From contig DAIDLF010000028.1 of the NCBI GenBank assembly GCA_027449645.1, positions 1-35,191 of the forward strand: a stretch of 35,191 nucleotides of DNA. The letters run 5' to 3'. The stretch comes from Candidatus Parcubacteria bacterium (lineage in GTDB: Bacteria > Patescibacteriota > Minisyncoccia > UBA6257 > 2-01-FULL-56-20). This document shows positions 15,455-24,816 of the stretch, one piece after another (position 1 is the first letter of the stretch; each line of letters opens with the position of its first letter). Below the pieces are notes generated by a model, which worked only from the letters and a program-made list of their open reading frames with translations, made no database searches and was not told the origin of the DNA. The position numbers and the translations under genes are program-made.

Positions 15455-16726
15455 CTATAACGTGAGGATGCGCGCAAAGGTTTCCTTGCTCCGGTAAGGT
15501 CCCACTAAGGCGAAGTTGAGCCCCTGCGCCCTGATTACCGTGCGGGCCGCCTTCCGGATGTCCTCCGCCGTGACGCGCTCAATCCTTGCCGCACGCTCCT
15601 TGGGCGACATGACGGATTTCGTGAGGATCTCCTGCCCGCCGTAAAAGCTCGCAAGATCATCGGAGGTTTCAAGGCCCAGCACGAGGTTCCCAAGCATATG
15701 GTCCTTGGATTTCCGGAGTTCCTTCGCGGGGATCAGCTCATCCCGGAGCCGCGCGCATTCCTCGAGGATCGCCTTTGTCACGGCAACGGCCTTCGCCCGG
15801 TCCACGCCGGCCGAGATGCCCAGCATGCCGTGATCAAGCGATGCATCCGTACCGGCACCGACATAGTACGCCGCGCCCATCTCCTCGCGGACACGCATGA
15901 AAAGCCGTGAACTCATGCCGCCGCCCAGCACGTCGGCCAGCACCCGAAGTGCAAAGCGCCGGTCATCAAAAATAGTGAATGCCCGGAATCCCATCACGAG
16001 ATGCGCCTGATCGGTCTTCTTGAAATGCAAAGCCACCCGCGGCGCCGACTGGCGCTCCACGGTCCTCTTCTTGGGAGGCGCGGCGCGGCGCGGCAAGGTC
16101 CCAAATGCGCGTCTCACCTGGGCAAGCACCGTCTTCTCATCGAATTTTCCCGCCACGACGACTACCGTCCCCGGCGTTACGTACCGCGCCTCGCGATATG
16201 CCGTGAAGGCTTCCCTCCCGAGCTTTGCGACGATCTTCTTTTCGCCGGCCACATCCCATCCCGCGGGCTGGTCGCCATATACCAACGCCCCAAAGATCCT
16301 CTGGGCCTTCGCCGGGAGATCGTCTTCATACATATTGATCTCCTGCATGATCACGCCGCGCTCCTTTTCTATCTCAGGGGCATCGAAAATCGGATTGAGG
16401 TAAAGATCCGAGACGATATCCAGGATCTGCGGCAATTTCTCGGCCTGTACCTTGGCCCAGTAGCCGGTGTATTCCTGGTCGGTGAACGCGTTGGACTGGG
16501 CGCCGAGCGCCGCAAGCTCGTGCGCGATCATGCCGGGCTTCGGCCGGTTCGTCGTCCCCTTGAACATCATGTGCTCCAAGAAGTGCGACACGCCGTTCGT
16601 CTGCTTCGTCTCATATTCCGAACCTGCCTCCACAAGGATCAGTACCGTGGCGGCAAGGTTGGAAGGCTGCGGCACAAGGAGTACGCGAAGGCCGTTCGGG
16701 AGGATGATCTTTTTGATGTCCTTCAT
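15455..16726 (-). CDS. M16 (pitrilysin/insulinase) family zinc peptidase
   Basis: LPNGLRV, GVSHFLEHMMFKG (HxxEH), NAFT, GGGMSSRLF..VRE. Start at ATG 16726. Confidence 0.96.
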   Translation of the reverse strand: MKDIKKIILPNGLRVLLVPQPSNLAATVLILVEAGSEYETKQTNGVSHFLEHMMFKGTTNRPKPGMIAHELAALGAQSNAFTDQEYTGYWAKVQAEKLPQILDIVSDLYLNPIFDAPEIEKERGVIMQEINMYEDDLPAKAQRIFGALVYGDQPAGWDVAGEKKIVAKLGREAFTAYREARYVTPGTVVVVAGKFDEKTVLAQVRRAFGTLPRRAAPPKKRTVERQSAPRVALHFKKTDQAHLVMGFRAFTIFDDRRFALRVLADVLGGGMSSRLFMRVREEMGAAYYVGAGTDASLDHGMLGISAGVDRAKAVAVTKAILEECARLRDELIPAKELRKSKDHMLGNLVLGLETSDDLASFYGGQEILTKSVMSPKERAARIERVTAEDIRKAARTVIRAQGLNFALVGPYRSKETFARILTL

Positions 16727-16740
16727 GGAATGTTCAGGCG

Positions 16741-18225
16741 CTATGACGAGGTCGTGATCGTCTGAATGTCCGCATCGAAGCTCTGGGCGCGGCTCACCAC
16801 CGCCTGTCCATAGGTCCAAAGGTAGTTCTTCCAGCGGCCGCCTGCATAGTACTTTGCCGCAGTGCAGCGCTCCTGATCGATGGTCGCGCTGTAGATCGCC
16901 TTGCATCCGACCATGCCATCCTTCAGGTAAAGTCCCGTGGCCACGAAAGCATCCGCATTGTTCCAGGGCGACGGCGGATTGTCCCCCGTCACCTTGCTGA
17001 TGCCCGGCGCATAAAGCTGCCACGTGGAAGGCACGAACTGCGCCGGTCCCATCGCGCCGCCGTACGCGCCATCCGCATTCGGGCATGAGACCATCATGGT
17101 GTTCGGATCCAGGTTGAGCGCCGCGGTGATCTGCAGGAAGATGGGAATATTGGAAGGGCTCATGGCCGTCTTGTAGCTGCACTGTCCGACATTCTGGCCG
17201 AGCGCCGACTCGCGGTCCAGAATGGCCAGGATGAACGCCGGATCGATCCCGGTCGCGCCGGAAGCGAGCTTCGCATACTGATAGGCATCCTCGAAGGAAA
17301 GCTGGCCGCCGCCAAGGAGTTGGAAGATGCGGTTGCGGATCTGTGCCGCAGTGGCCTGGGTCTGCGTGAGCAGGGCCTGATATTTGGATTCTTGCCCTTT
17401 GGTCGCCACAAGGAGCTGGGTCTTCTGGCTCTTGGTGCCGGCAACCTCCTGGGCCTGCGCCTGCTGATAGGCCACCGCGCTCGCGGCATCCGCCTTGGAA
17501 GCCTGGAAATCCTGCTCCTGGCTCTGAAGCTGGGTCTGCAGGTCAGTGACCTGCTGGACCGTTGCCCGGAGGTTGCTCTGGAGCAGAAGGATGTTCTGCG
17601 TCTCGTTCCAGAAATCGGAAAGCCGCGGATTCTTCAGGAATATCTCAAGGAGGCTGTTCTGGTCACTGCGATAGAGGGCTTCCACCAGCTGGCCCATGGC
17701 GGCCTTCTTGCTTGCGATATCCGCCTGTGTGACGCCGATCTGCGCCTCAGTGCTCGCAATCTGGGTATTGAGCTGCTGGATAGTGAGGTTGGTTGCCTGG
17801 ATCTGCAGGTTGAGCGACGCAATTTTGGCATTGAGCGACGCAATCTGGCCGTTCAGGGTCTTGCCCTGGCTCTGATAGCTCTGGATCTGGCCCTGATACT
17901 GGTCTATCTGCGCCTGAAGCTGCTGCAGCTGGGCCTCAAGCGCGGTGCGTTCGGCGGTAGGGTTCGAGCTGGACGCCGTGGAGGTCGTCGCATCGCCGGA
18001 TGCCCTGGTGAAGAACGTAGGCGCCGACACGGATCCGAAGACCAAAAAGGCCCCTGCAAGGGTGTAAATGGCGGCGCGCGCCACCTTCGTGAAAGGGATG
18101 CGGACCACTTTTGCTTCATCAAGATTCAGCCGCGCCGAAAGGGTGCTGAACGCCGTCCAATTGCGTCCGCCCGCGCGATCGCGCGACACGTCGCCAAGGA
18201 CTTTCGGTTTCAGGAGCTTGCGCAT
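16741..18225 (-). CDS. Membrane-anchored coiled-coil protein with C-terminal MltB/SLT-like lytic transglycosylase
   Basis: TM/signal AIYTLAGAFLVFGSV, long Gln-rich heptad region, ILDRESALG (catalytic Glu), GGAMGPAQFVPSTW, SPWNNADA. Confidence 0.88.
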   Translation of the reverse strand: MRKLLKPKVLGDVSRDRAGGRNWTAFSTLSARLNLDEAKVVRIPFTKVARAAIYTLAGAFLVFGSVSAPTFFTRASGDATTSTASSSNPTAERTALEAQLQQLQAQIDQYQGQIQSYQSQGKTLNGQIASLNAKIASLNLQIQATNLTIQQLNTQIASTEAQIGVTQADIASKKAAMGQLVEALYRSDQNSLLEIFLKNPRLSDFWNETQNILLLQSNLRATVQQVTDLQTQLQSQEQDFQASKADAASAVAYQQAQAQEVAGTKSQKTQLLVATKGQESKYQALLTQTQATAAQIRNRIFQLLGGGQLSFEDAYQYAKLASGATGIDPAFILAILDRESALGQNVGQCSYKTAMSPSNIPIFLQITAALNLDPNTMMVSCPNADGAYGGAMGPAQFVPSTWQLYAPGISKVTGDNPPSPWNNADAFVATGLYLKDGMVGCKAIYSATIDQERCTAAKYYAGGRWKNYLWTYGQAVVSRAQSFDADIQTITTSS

Positions 18226-18239
18226 TACCTCTCCATTAT

Positions 18240-18273
18240 AAAACAAACGGCCGCATATTGCATGCGGCCGTTT
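18240..18273 (-). terminator. Intrinsic terminator after rplY
   Basis: 12-bp inverted repeat AAACGGCCGCAT/ATGCGGCCGTTT followed by GTTTT on the minus strand. Confidence 0.7.
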
Positions 18274-18295
18274 CTGCGGAAGGTGATGCCAGCGG

Positions 18296-18952
18296 CTATT
18301 CCGCGGTTGCGGACTTCTGCGCGTCGCGCTCGGCCTTCTTCTCTTCGGCCTCGGACTTGATGGCGGAAACATCCACGGCTACCTCGGCAACCGGGGCCTC
18401 CTCCACGACCTTCGGCAACGTCGCCGTTGCAATGGCTGTATCCGGGTCGATATGCAGGGTGACGCCCTTCGGGACGGCAAGGTCCTTCACATAGAAGCTC
18501 TTATCAAGCGCATCAAGCGCAGAAAGGTCGACGACGAACGCGTGCGGGATATCCTGCGGGAACGCTTCCACCTCAATCTCGGAAAGCGAGCGGTTGATGA
18601 CGGCGGAAAGCTCCTTCACCGCCGGCGATTCGCCCTTGAATTCCACCGGCACGTGCGCGCGGACCTTTTCGTCCATGCGAACCGCGTGAAAATCGATATG
18701 CGCGATCTCGTTCGTGATCCGGTCGCGGACCAGGTCGTGGATCATCACCGGATGCTTGTCCTTGCCCACGTGGAGCGTGATGACCGTGGTCTCTCCCGCT
18801 TCCTTGAACGCCTTCACGAATTCCTTCGCCGGCACCGCCAGATGGACGTTCTTTACGCCGCGTCCATAGAGTTCCGCCGGAATAAGACCCTCCTTGCGGA
18901 GCGCCTTCACTTTCTTGCCCAAAACCTCCCGGGACTGTACTGATAATTCCAT
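18296..18952 (-). CDS. rplY: 50S ribosomal protein L25 / general stress protein Ctc
   Basis: GKKVKALRKEGLIPAELYG, HIDFHAV, VPVEFKGESPAVK, C-terminal beta domain. Confidence 0.96.
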   Translation of the reverse strand: MELSVQSREVLGKKVKALRKEGLIPAELYGRGVKNVHLAVPAKEFVKAFKEAGETTVITLHVGKDKHPVMIHDLVRDRITNEIAHIDFHAVRMDEKVRAHVPVEFKGESPAVKELSAVINRSLSEIEVEAFPQDIPHAFVVDLSALDALDKSFYVKDLAVPKGVTLHIDPDTAIATATLPKVVEEAPVAEVAVDVSAIKSEAEEKKAERDAQKSATAE

Positions 18953-18997
18953 GGGGAATAGTGTAACAAATTCTCCGAAAAAGGCAAATGGCGGCCG

Positions 18998-19882
18998 TTA
19001 TGCCATGCCATTGAACAGCTTCATCCGGTCTTCCACGATCTTCTGGATCGCCGTCACTGCCGGGGCTGTCAATTTATAGGGGGCAATCTCATTCGGATCC
19101 CTCAGCCCCTCTTCCACGCCGCGCCGCCACGCAAGGCGGAGTTCGCTTGAAACGTGGATGATCGTCATCCCCGCCTTTGCCGCCGCAGTGAAATCGGCAT
19201 CCTCCGTGCCGGATCCGCCGTGAAGCGTCATGTAATGCACGCCGGCGCCCGCGATCGCCGCCTTGATCGCCGCAATGCGCGGGATGTCCAGATGTTTGCG
19301 TGCCGCATCGGCGCCGCCGGTCGTCATGCTCTTCAAGAGGCCATGCATGTTCCCCACTGCCGGGGCAAGCACGTCAATGCCGGTCGCGGCCACAAACTGC
19401 ACCGCTTCTTCCGGAGTGGAAAGCGCGATGCCCGCCGGCGCGGCATCGATGACCTCGGAGTTCGAACCGATATAGCCGATCTCGCCCTCAATCACGATCT
19501 CCGGGTTGATCGCGCGGATCGCCTCGACGGCCGCTTTCGTATTGGCGATATTCTGGTCCATCGGAAGCGATGAATTATCGAAAATGATCTCATCAAAGCC
19601 CGCCTCCGCCGCCTCACGCACCTTCTCGATGGAGTGCGTATGGTCGGCGTTCAGGAAGATCGGATACTCGTACTCCTCGCGAAGGCTCCTCACAAGCGCC
19701 GCCGCCTGGCGCACGCCGATAAATGCGCGCTCCCCTTCCGACACGCCGATGAGAAGCGGCAGCTGCAGTCCCCGCGCGGCGGCAAAGATGCCCTTGAGCG
19801 CGGCCAGGTCGGAGATATTGAAATGACCTACGGCCACCCGGCGGGCATCGGCATCGGCAAGGACCTCACGAAGGGTTTTCAT
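18998..19882 (-). CDS. fba: Class II fructose-bisphosphate aldolase
   Basis: AVGHFN, FLNADH, IEGEIGYIG, LAPAVGNMHG, LHGGSG. Confidence 0.95.
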   Translation of the reverse strand: MKTLREVLADADARRVAVGHFNISDLAALKGIFAAARGLQLPLLIGVSEGERAFIGVRQAAALVRSLREEYEYPIFLNADHTHSIEKVREAAEAGFDEIIFDNSSLPMDQNIANTKAAVEAIRAINPEIVIEGEIGYIGSNSEVIDAAPAGIALSTPEEAVQFVAATGIDVLAPAVGNMHGLLKSMTTGGADAARKHLDIPRIAAIKAAIAGAGVHYMTLHGGSGTEDADFTAAAKAGMTIIHVSSELRLAWRRGVEEGLRDPNEIAPYKLTAPAVTAIQKIVEDRMKLFNGMA

Positions 19883-19903
19883 AGGCATAGCGGGAGAAAT
19901 CGG

Positions 19904-20902
19904 TTAGAGCGTTTTCGGCATATAGTTTTTGGGCGCCTTCTTCAGGAAGGCCTGCAGTTTGGACTTGGTGAGCAGCCCGGTCTGGGCGCCGAAGAACTGG
20001 ACGACATGCATGGATTCTATCGGCGCCCAACGCAAGGCCTCCTGCACCGGCAGCCCGTAGATGAGCGCGCAGAGAAATCCCGTGGAAAAGGCGTCTCCCG
20101 CGCCGGTGCGCGAGATCGGCTTCTTCGGATCGGGATACGGCGGCATGAAGTAAATGCAGGTGCCGTCGGATGCGTACGCGCCGGCAGGCCCATCGGTGAT
20201 CACCACGATCTTCGGCCCAAGTTTATGGAGGCCGTCAAACAGGAATGTGATGTCCTCATTCTTCGTATGGAGGATGAACGCCGCCTCCTCGCGGTTCACA
20301 AAAAGCACATAGGTGCGCTTATAGATCTCGCGGAGCTTCTCCGCGCCGAACCGCAGCTGGAACGTGCCGGGGTTGAAGCCCATCTTCACGCCGGGGTGCT
20401 TCTTGAGGTATTCGGCCACCTTGCGGTGGAACGGCATGGTGTGCTCGGCAATGGAGGAGAAATAGACCCAGCTCGCCTTCCCGTCCAGAAGGCGCGGATC
20501 GTGATAGGCATACTTCTCGTGCTTGATGAGGATGGTGCGCTCGGCCTTGAAGGTGAGCACAAAATGATAGTTCGTCGGCTTGCCCTTGTTCACCTTGAGA
20601 TACTCCGTGCTCACGCCTTCTTTGTGATAGCGGTCCAGCACCTCGTCGCCGTAATGGTCATCCCCAACTGCCGTGACGATGGCCGTATTCAACCCGAGCC
20701 GCCGCGCGCCCACTGCCACATTGGACGCATTGCCCACGGCAGGCATCACCATGAGCGACTTATAAGGGATCTTGTCCGCGAAAGGCATCTCGAGCTCCGG
20801 ATGCTCATGCTGTTTGTCCCACTCCACTTTTGCCTCCTCGAGCTCGATGAAGGCATCAATCACCACGTCGCCGATGCAGATAAGGTCGTACTTTTGTTTC
20901 AT
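19904..20902 (-). CDS. PfkB family carbohydrate kinase
   Basis: GNASNVAVGARRLG, VGDDHYG, NREEA, VITDGPAG, RTGAGDAFSTG. Confidence 0.95.
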   Translation of the reverse strand: MKQKYDLICIGDVVIDAFIELEEAKVEWDKQHEHPELEMPFADKIPYKSLMVMPAVGNASNVAVGARRLGLNTAIVTAVGDDHYGDEVLDRYHKEGVSTEYLKVNKGKPTNYHFVLTFKAERTILIKHEKYAYHDPRLLDGKASWVYFSSIAEHTMPFHRKVAEYLKKHPGVKMGFNPGTFQLRFGAEKLREIYKRTYVLFVNREEAAFILHTKNEDITFLFDGLHKLGPKIVVITDGPAGAYASDGTCIYFMPPYPDPKKPISRTGAGDAFSTGFLCALIYGLPVQEALRWAPIESMHVVQFFGAQTGLLTKSKLQAFLKKAPKNYMPKTL

Positions 20903-20925
20903 AAGGTCATGCGGTTATGCCATGG

Positions 20926-23037
20926 CTATTGGCAGAAGCTGGGCTTGGTGGTGGTCGCCGTCAACGCGCCGTTCACCGTATAGATATATTCAAGCGTCGT
21001 CGTATTCACCGAATCGTATCCTTCCATACAGAAAGCCTTGGTAGAAGTGCCAATCTCCAAAGAATTGCCGCCGAGAAATGTCGCTGCTGTACTGCTGTTC
21101 CCAATTGTCGCGGTATTATTTCCATTGCCCGTCGCATTTGCACCGATTACGATTTCGTTAGTATCCCCGCTTGCCAAGGGATAAGCCTCATAACCGATAT
21201 CCACGGCGTAATTAGTGGCGGCATTAGATGCCCCAGTGGAAGTGAGAAGTCCGGCGTTATCTCCGATTCCAATATTAAACGAACCGGCTACATTATTTTC
21301 CAATGCTTGATATCCAATTCCCGTATTCTGGGCACCCGTATCATAAAAGAGGGCATTGTTCCCCACTGCAGTATTGTTTGTTCCAGTGAGATTAGAACCG
21401 AGCGCTCCCGTACCGAAGGCCGCGTTATTTTGGCCAGTCGTATTGTTTTGGAGAGAAGCGTAGCCGACCGCAGTATTAAATCCTCCCGTCGTATTCCCCC
21501 GAAGAGCATAGAAACCGATCCCGGTATTTCTTGTACCGGCCGTATTGAGTTCAAGGGAATAATAACCCAGAGCAGAATTGGTGCCCCCGGTAGTATTATA
21601 AGCCAATGATTTGAATCCTACGGCAGTATTGCTTGTCCCAGTAGTATTTGATCCAAGAGAATTAGCGCCCACTGCCGTATTGTATAGTCCCGTGGTGTTA
21701 TTCTGCATACTTTCATATCCGATGGCAGTCTCATATCCGCCCGCGTCATTAGCCAGCGCGAGAGACCCGAGTCCTATGCTATCCCCGGATGTAATAATGG
21801 GGATGCCGCTGAGGGTTGTCCCCATATTTGCCGCCGTGATCACCGAAGAGGGAGACGAGGCATTTTGTATGGCTGATATCGAGTTTGCGACATTTTTTGC
21901 CACTATCATATATCCATTCGCCCCATAATGGAGATAGTCCGTCCCCACGAAAGAAGTGTTTGCGGCGTATGACGACGCCGTAGTGCCCGCGTATCCGCGT
22001 ATTGCAGAGGTGATGGTATTGCCGGATATGGCGGAAACATAAATTTGCTCGCTCCCGATAGTGAGAATCTGGCCCACATAAGGAGCATTGAGCGTAGGCG
22101 TCACGCTGAAACTTGTCGAGGCCGCGCCGATCGCCGCCGTGAGCGTTCCCTTGAAGTCGACGGCGCGCAACGAATAGGGTGGAATGCAGTTGTTGTAATC
22201 GATCACGTCGGCAGGAATCGATGGATTATAAGAGTTGAGCAGTATGTTCCTTATATCAAGATAATGGCCTGTTGGGCCATACGTCGAAGAAAGCGCGCTG
22301 TTGATCTGTTGGACGTCGGCCAAATTGGCACTGGCACAATTTTCCCCTTCTCCGTTCACCACGGACAAGACCAGATAGTTCCCGTTTTGGGTCTTTGCTA
22401 CCATGCTCGCGATATCGCTCAATACCGTGCCGGTAGCGGTCAGATTGTTTCGGCCCGCCCATATTACCGTAAACCAGGGCCATGTACTCGACGCCGCGAG
22501 AAAACGAGATGCTATTTGGCTGCTTGTTTGACCCCCGACGCCGAAATCACGGACATTCGGACCGGGAAGATACTGATTGAGCAGGTTAGGATAGGTGTAA
22601 CCCGTATAGTCCTCGTCTCCCAGCGTCAAGCTGTCTCCCCATGCGCCGATGTTCATTGCGCTCACAATAGAAGAGGTGTTGGCGTAGGATATCGCTCCCC
22701 CGCACGTCGTCGTCGTCACCGCGCCAGCGGCGCTTACAGCAAGACAAGGAGAGCTTGAAGCGGCGAGCGAGGTGATGGCAAGATTATTGACGGTCGTCGT
22801 CGCTCCGATGAGCGTGATCGTGCTGCTCGGATTTCCGATATTGATCGTGGTCGCCGTGGACGTTCCAATGGCGATGGTGCCCGTGGCATCAATGATGACG
22901 CCGGAATCCCCAATGATCGTGTTATTGGAAAAATCCAACGCGGCAAACGCCATGGGGACGCCGATAATAAGAGAGATGGCTGCGACAATAGAGAGAAAAA
23001 GCGGAATGCTTCGGAAGGATCGTTTCTCAGAGTCCAT
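20926..23037 (-). CDS. Secreted/anchored SGNH-hydrolase plus beta-solenoid repeat adhesin
   Basis: N-terminal hydrophobic signal; SGNH blocks WGDSLT, GVGGQTS, WAGRNN, DYLH; then 17-aa NTAVG..SL..NTTG repeats and an NEIVIG...NTATIGN neck-like segment. Confidence 0.85.
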   Translation of the reverse strand: MDSEKRSFRSIPLFLSIVAAISLIIGVPMAFAALDFSNNTIIGDSGVIIDATGTIAIGTSTATTINIGNPSSTITLIGATTTVNNLAITSLAASSSPCLAVSAAGAVTTTTCGGAISYANTSSIVSAMNIGAWGDSLTLGDEDYTGYTYPNLLNQYLPGPNVRDFGVGGQTSSQIASRFLAASSTWPWFTVIWAGRNNLTATGTVLSDIASMVAKTQNGNYLVLSVVNGEGENCASANLADVQQINSALSSTYGPTGHYLDIRNILLNSYNPSIPADVIDYNNCIPPYSLRAVDFKGTLTAAIGAASTSFSVTPTLNAPYVGQILTIGSEQIYVSAISGNTITSAIRGYAGTTASSYAANTSFVGTDYLHYGANGYMIVAKNVANSISAIQNASSPSSVITAANMGTTLSGIPIITSGDSIGLGSLALANDAGGYETAIGYESMQNNTTGLYNTAVGANSLGSNTTGTSNTAVGFKSLAYNTTGGTNSALGYYSLELNTAGTRNTGIGFYALRGNTTGGFNTAVGYASLQNNTTGQNNAAFGTGALGSNLTGTNNTAVGNNALFYDTGAQNTGIGYQALENNVAGSFNIGIGDNAGLLTSTGASNAATNYAVDIGYEAYPLASGDTNEIVIGANATGNGNNTATIGNSSTAATFLGGNSLEIGTSTKAFCMEGYDSVNTTTLEYIYTVNGALTATTTKPSFCQ
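21250..21732 (-). repeat. About 9-10 tandem 17-aa (51-nt) beta-solenoid repeats, xxNTAVGxxSLxxNTTG
   Basis: Visible in translation: LYNTAVGANSLGSNTTG, TSNTAVGFKSLAYNTTG, GFNTAVGYASLQNNTTG and others. Confidence 0.9.
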
Positions 23038-23093
23038 TGGTAGTAATTATACCTTTTGCACCATGAGGGAGGCAAACCCCACCCTCATACGCT

Positions 23094-24269
23094 TTAAAGT
23101 TTTGCCATATAAGCCCTCGTGAGGGGGCCGAAATAGCCCGAGTCGGGCACAATGTCCGCATGCTTCTGGAATTCCTTGAGGGCATTGAGGGTCAGCGTGC
23201 CGAAGTAATCCGTAGAGCCATGCCGCGCAAGGATCTTTGCGGCTGGGCCGGCATCCTCTTGGATCAGGAATGCTTGAAGCGCTTTCACGTCGGCCCCCGT
23301 ATCGCCCCGCTTCAGATTCCGCGTGAAGCGATAGGCATTAACGGCAGGAGAAGTGCCGGTGCCAGCGCTTCCCTTCGCTTGCGCGAGAAGGGCATGAAGT
23401 TCGGCAGTAAGGGATGCGATCTCCGTTTCAAGGGAGGCAGTCGAAGTGCCGGCCGCGGCCGTGGAACTGGCAGTGACCGTGGAAACTGGAGTGCTCATGG
23501 CGGTAGACGTGGCTGTCGCAGGAGTTGTCGTGGCAACCGCGACGGTTGTAGTGGCGGAGGCCACAGGACTGGCCCCGGTATACCCCGCTCCCACACCCAC
23601 CACAATCGAAGCAGTGGTGGTGAAGGTTCCATCCCCCGAAGCCGTTGAGGTGCCGTATTCGGATGAGATCACTTTATAGTGGTAAAGCGTGGTCTCCGCA
23701 AGGCCCGAGAGGGTGATAGTGTGCGCAGCAACCTGGGCGGCATCCGTGGAGGTCGCGCCATACGCGGTGGAGGTGCCATAGGATACCGTGCTGTCGGCAG
23801 GGATATTGGTATTCCAGGTGATGACCGCGCCGCCAGAATTAGGGACTGCGGCAACGCCCGTAATGATCGGCGGCGAGGCATGGGCGCAGTTCGTGGTCGT
23901 GGGAGTCAGCGTGTAGGTTGATGATCCGGTGGCCTGTGAAAGCAATGCGCTTTCCACGCCCGCATTGCAAGAAAGGGTTACCGTCCCGCCCGTACTGGAA
24001 GTGGCAACGGCAAGATCATACGACGGGGAAAGAAGCGTAAACGTGCCGCCGGTCGCCGCGGACATCGTGACCACGACGCTCGTGGCATTGACCTGCAACG
24101 CGTCAGCGACAGAACTGGTGGCGATGGTAACCGTTGCCGCAGGAGAGGAAAGCGTGATCGATTCGGAAGTGGCGAAACTCAACGCTGCCGCATGGACAAA
24201 CTGCATGAGAAGAGGAAGCAAAAAGAATGCGCCCAGGATGGACAAAAAGAATTTCCCTTTCATGCTCAT
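23094..24269 (-). CDS. Secreted Ser/Thr-rich protein with FN3-like domain and C-terminal peptidoglycan-binding-like domain
   Basis: Signal peptide MSMKGKFFLSILGAFFLL..VHA; FN3-like ITWNTNIPADSTVSYG..HTITLSGL..TLYHYKV; C-terminal FTRNLKRGDTGADVKALQ..YFGPLTR. Confidence 0.88.
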   Translation of the reverse strand: MSMKGKFFLSILGAFFLLPLLMQFVHAAALSFATSESITLSSPAATVTIATSSVADALQVNATSVVVTMSAATGGTFTLLSPSYDLAVATSSTGGTVTLSCNAGVESALLSQATGSSTYTLTPTTTNCAHASPPIITGVAAVPNSGGAVITWNTNIPADSTVSYGTSTAYGATSTDAAQVAAHTITLSGLAETTLYHYKVISSEYGTSTASGDGTFTTTASIVVGVGAGYTGASPVASATTTVAVATTTPATATSTAMSTPVSTVTASSTAAAGTSTASLETEIASLTAELHALLAQAKGSAGTGTSPAVNAYRFTRNLKRGDTGADVKALQAFLIQEDAGPAAKILARHGSTDYFGTLTLNALKEFQKHADIVPDSGYFGPLTRAYMAKL

Positions 24270-24316
24270 GATGCTGATTATACAGGAGTATGGTATATTG
24301 GACAAATAACGAGCGC

Positions 24317-24784
24317 ATGCCCACCAAAAAGCCCAAACTATCGCCAACGATTCCTGAACTCCCCCCGGCGCCCGGCGAGCCTCACGCCATCCCGAAGACG
24401 CCCCTATGGCGAGAGATGAACCTTTTTGCATGGATCTTGCTCGCCCTGCTTGCGGTCGTGCTCATTTGGATCGTCACGATAGCCGCGCAGGCGCATATGA
24501 GCGAATCCCCTTCCGGCTTTTCCGTGGTCTACCTTTCATCCGGCGACGTGCTCGTGGGAAGGCTTTCATTCTCGCCGACGCCTGTTTTGACCGACGCGTG
24601 GATCGCCATCCATAACAGCTCCACGGATTTTTCTGCCCAAGGCCCCATCAATCTTATTTCGTTCAAAACCACCTCGGCCTCCCCGCAAGGCACCGTGCAC
24701 CTTAATTCTCAAAATATCCTGTATTGGGCGAACATAGATCCGATGAGCCAGCTCGCGAAAGAATTGGCGGCAAAGACGCAGTAA
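24317..24784 (+). CDS. Single-pass membrane hypothetical protein
   Basis: Pro-rich N-terminus, TM LFAWILLALLAVVLIWIVTIAA, beta-rich domain VVYLSSGDVLVGRL...LNSQNILYW of a type I recall as common in CPR genomes. Confidence 0.8.
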   Translation: MPTKKPKLSPTIPELPPAPGEPHAIPKTPLWREMNLFAWILLALLAVVLIWIVTIAAQAHMSESPSGFSVVYLSSGDVLVGRLSFSPTPVLTDAWIAIHNSSTDFSAQGPINLISFKTTSASPQGTVHLNSQNILYWANIDPMSQLAKELAAKTQ

Positions 24785-24816
24785 AAAAGAAGGGGCCGTC
24801 TGTTCGGGAGCCGCCG

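Noticed and set aside
21250-21732. CRISPR-like periodic repeats
   Set aside because: The 51-nt period is in-frame protein repeat with synonymous variation; there are no identical repeats with unique spacers and no cas genes.
20926-23037. Prophage remnant
   Set aside because: The tailspike-like gene has a Sec-type signal/anchor and no other phage genes flank it.
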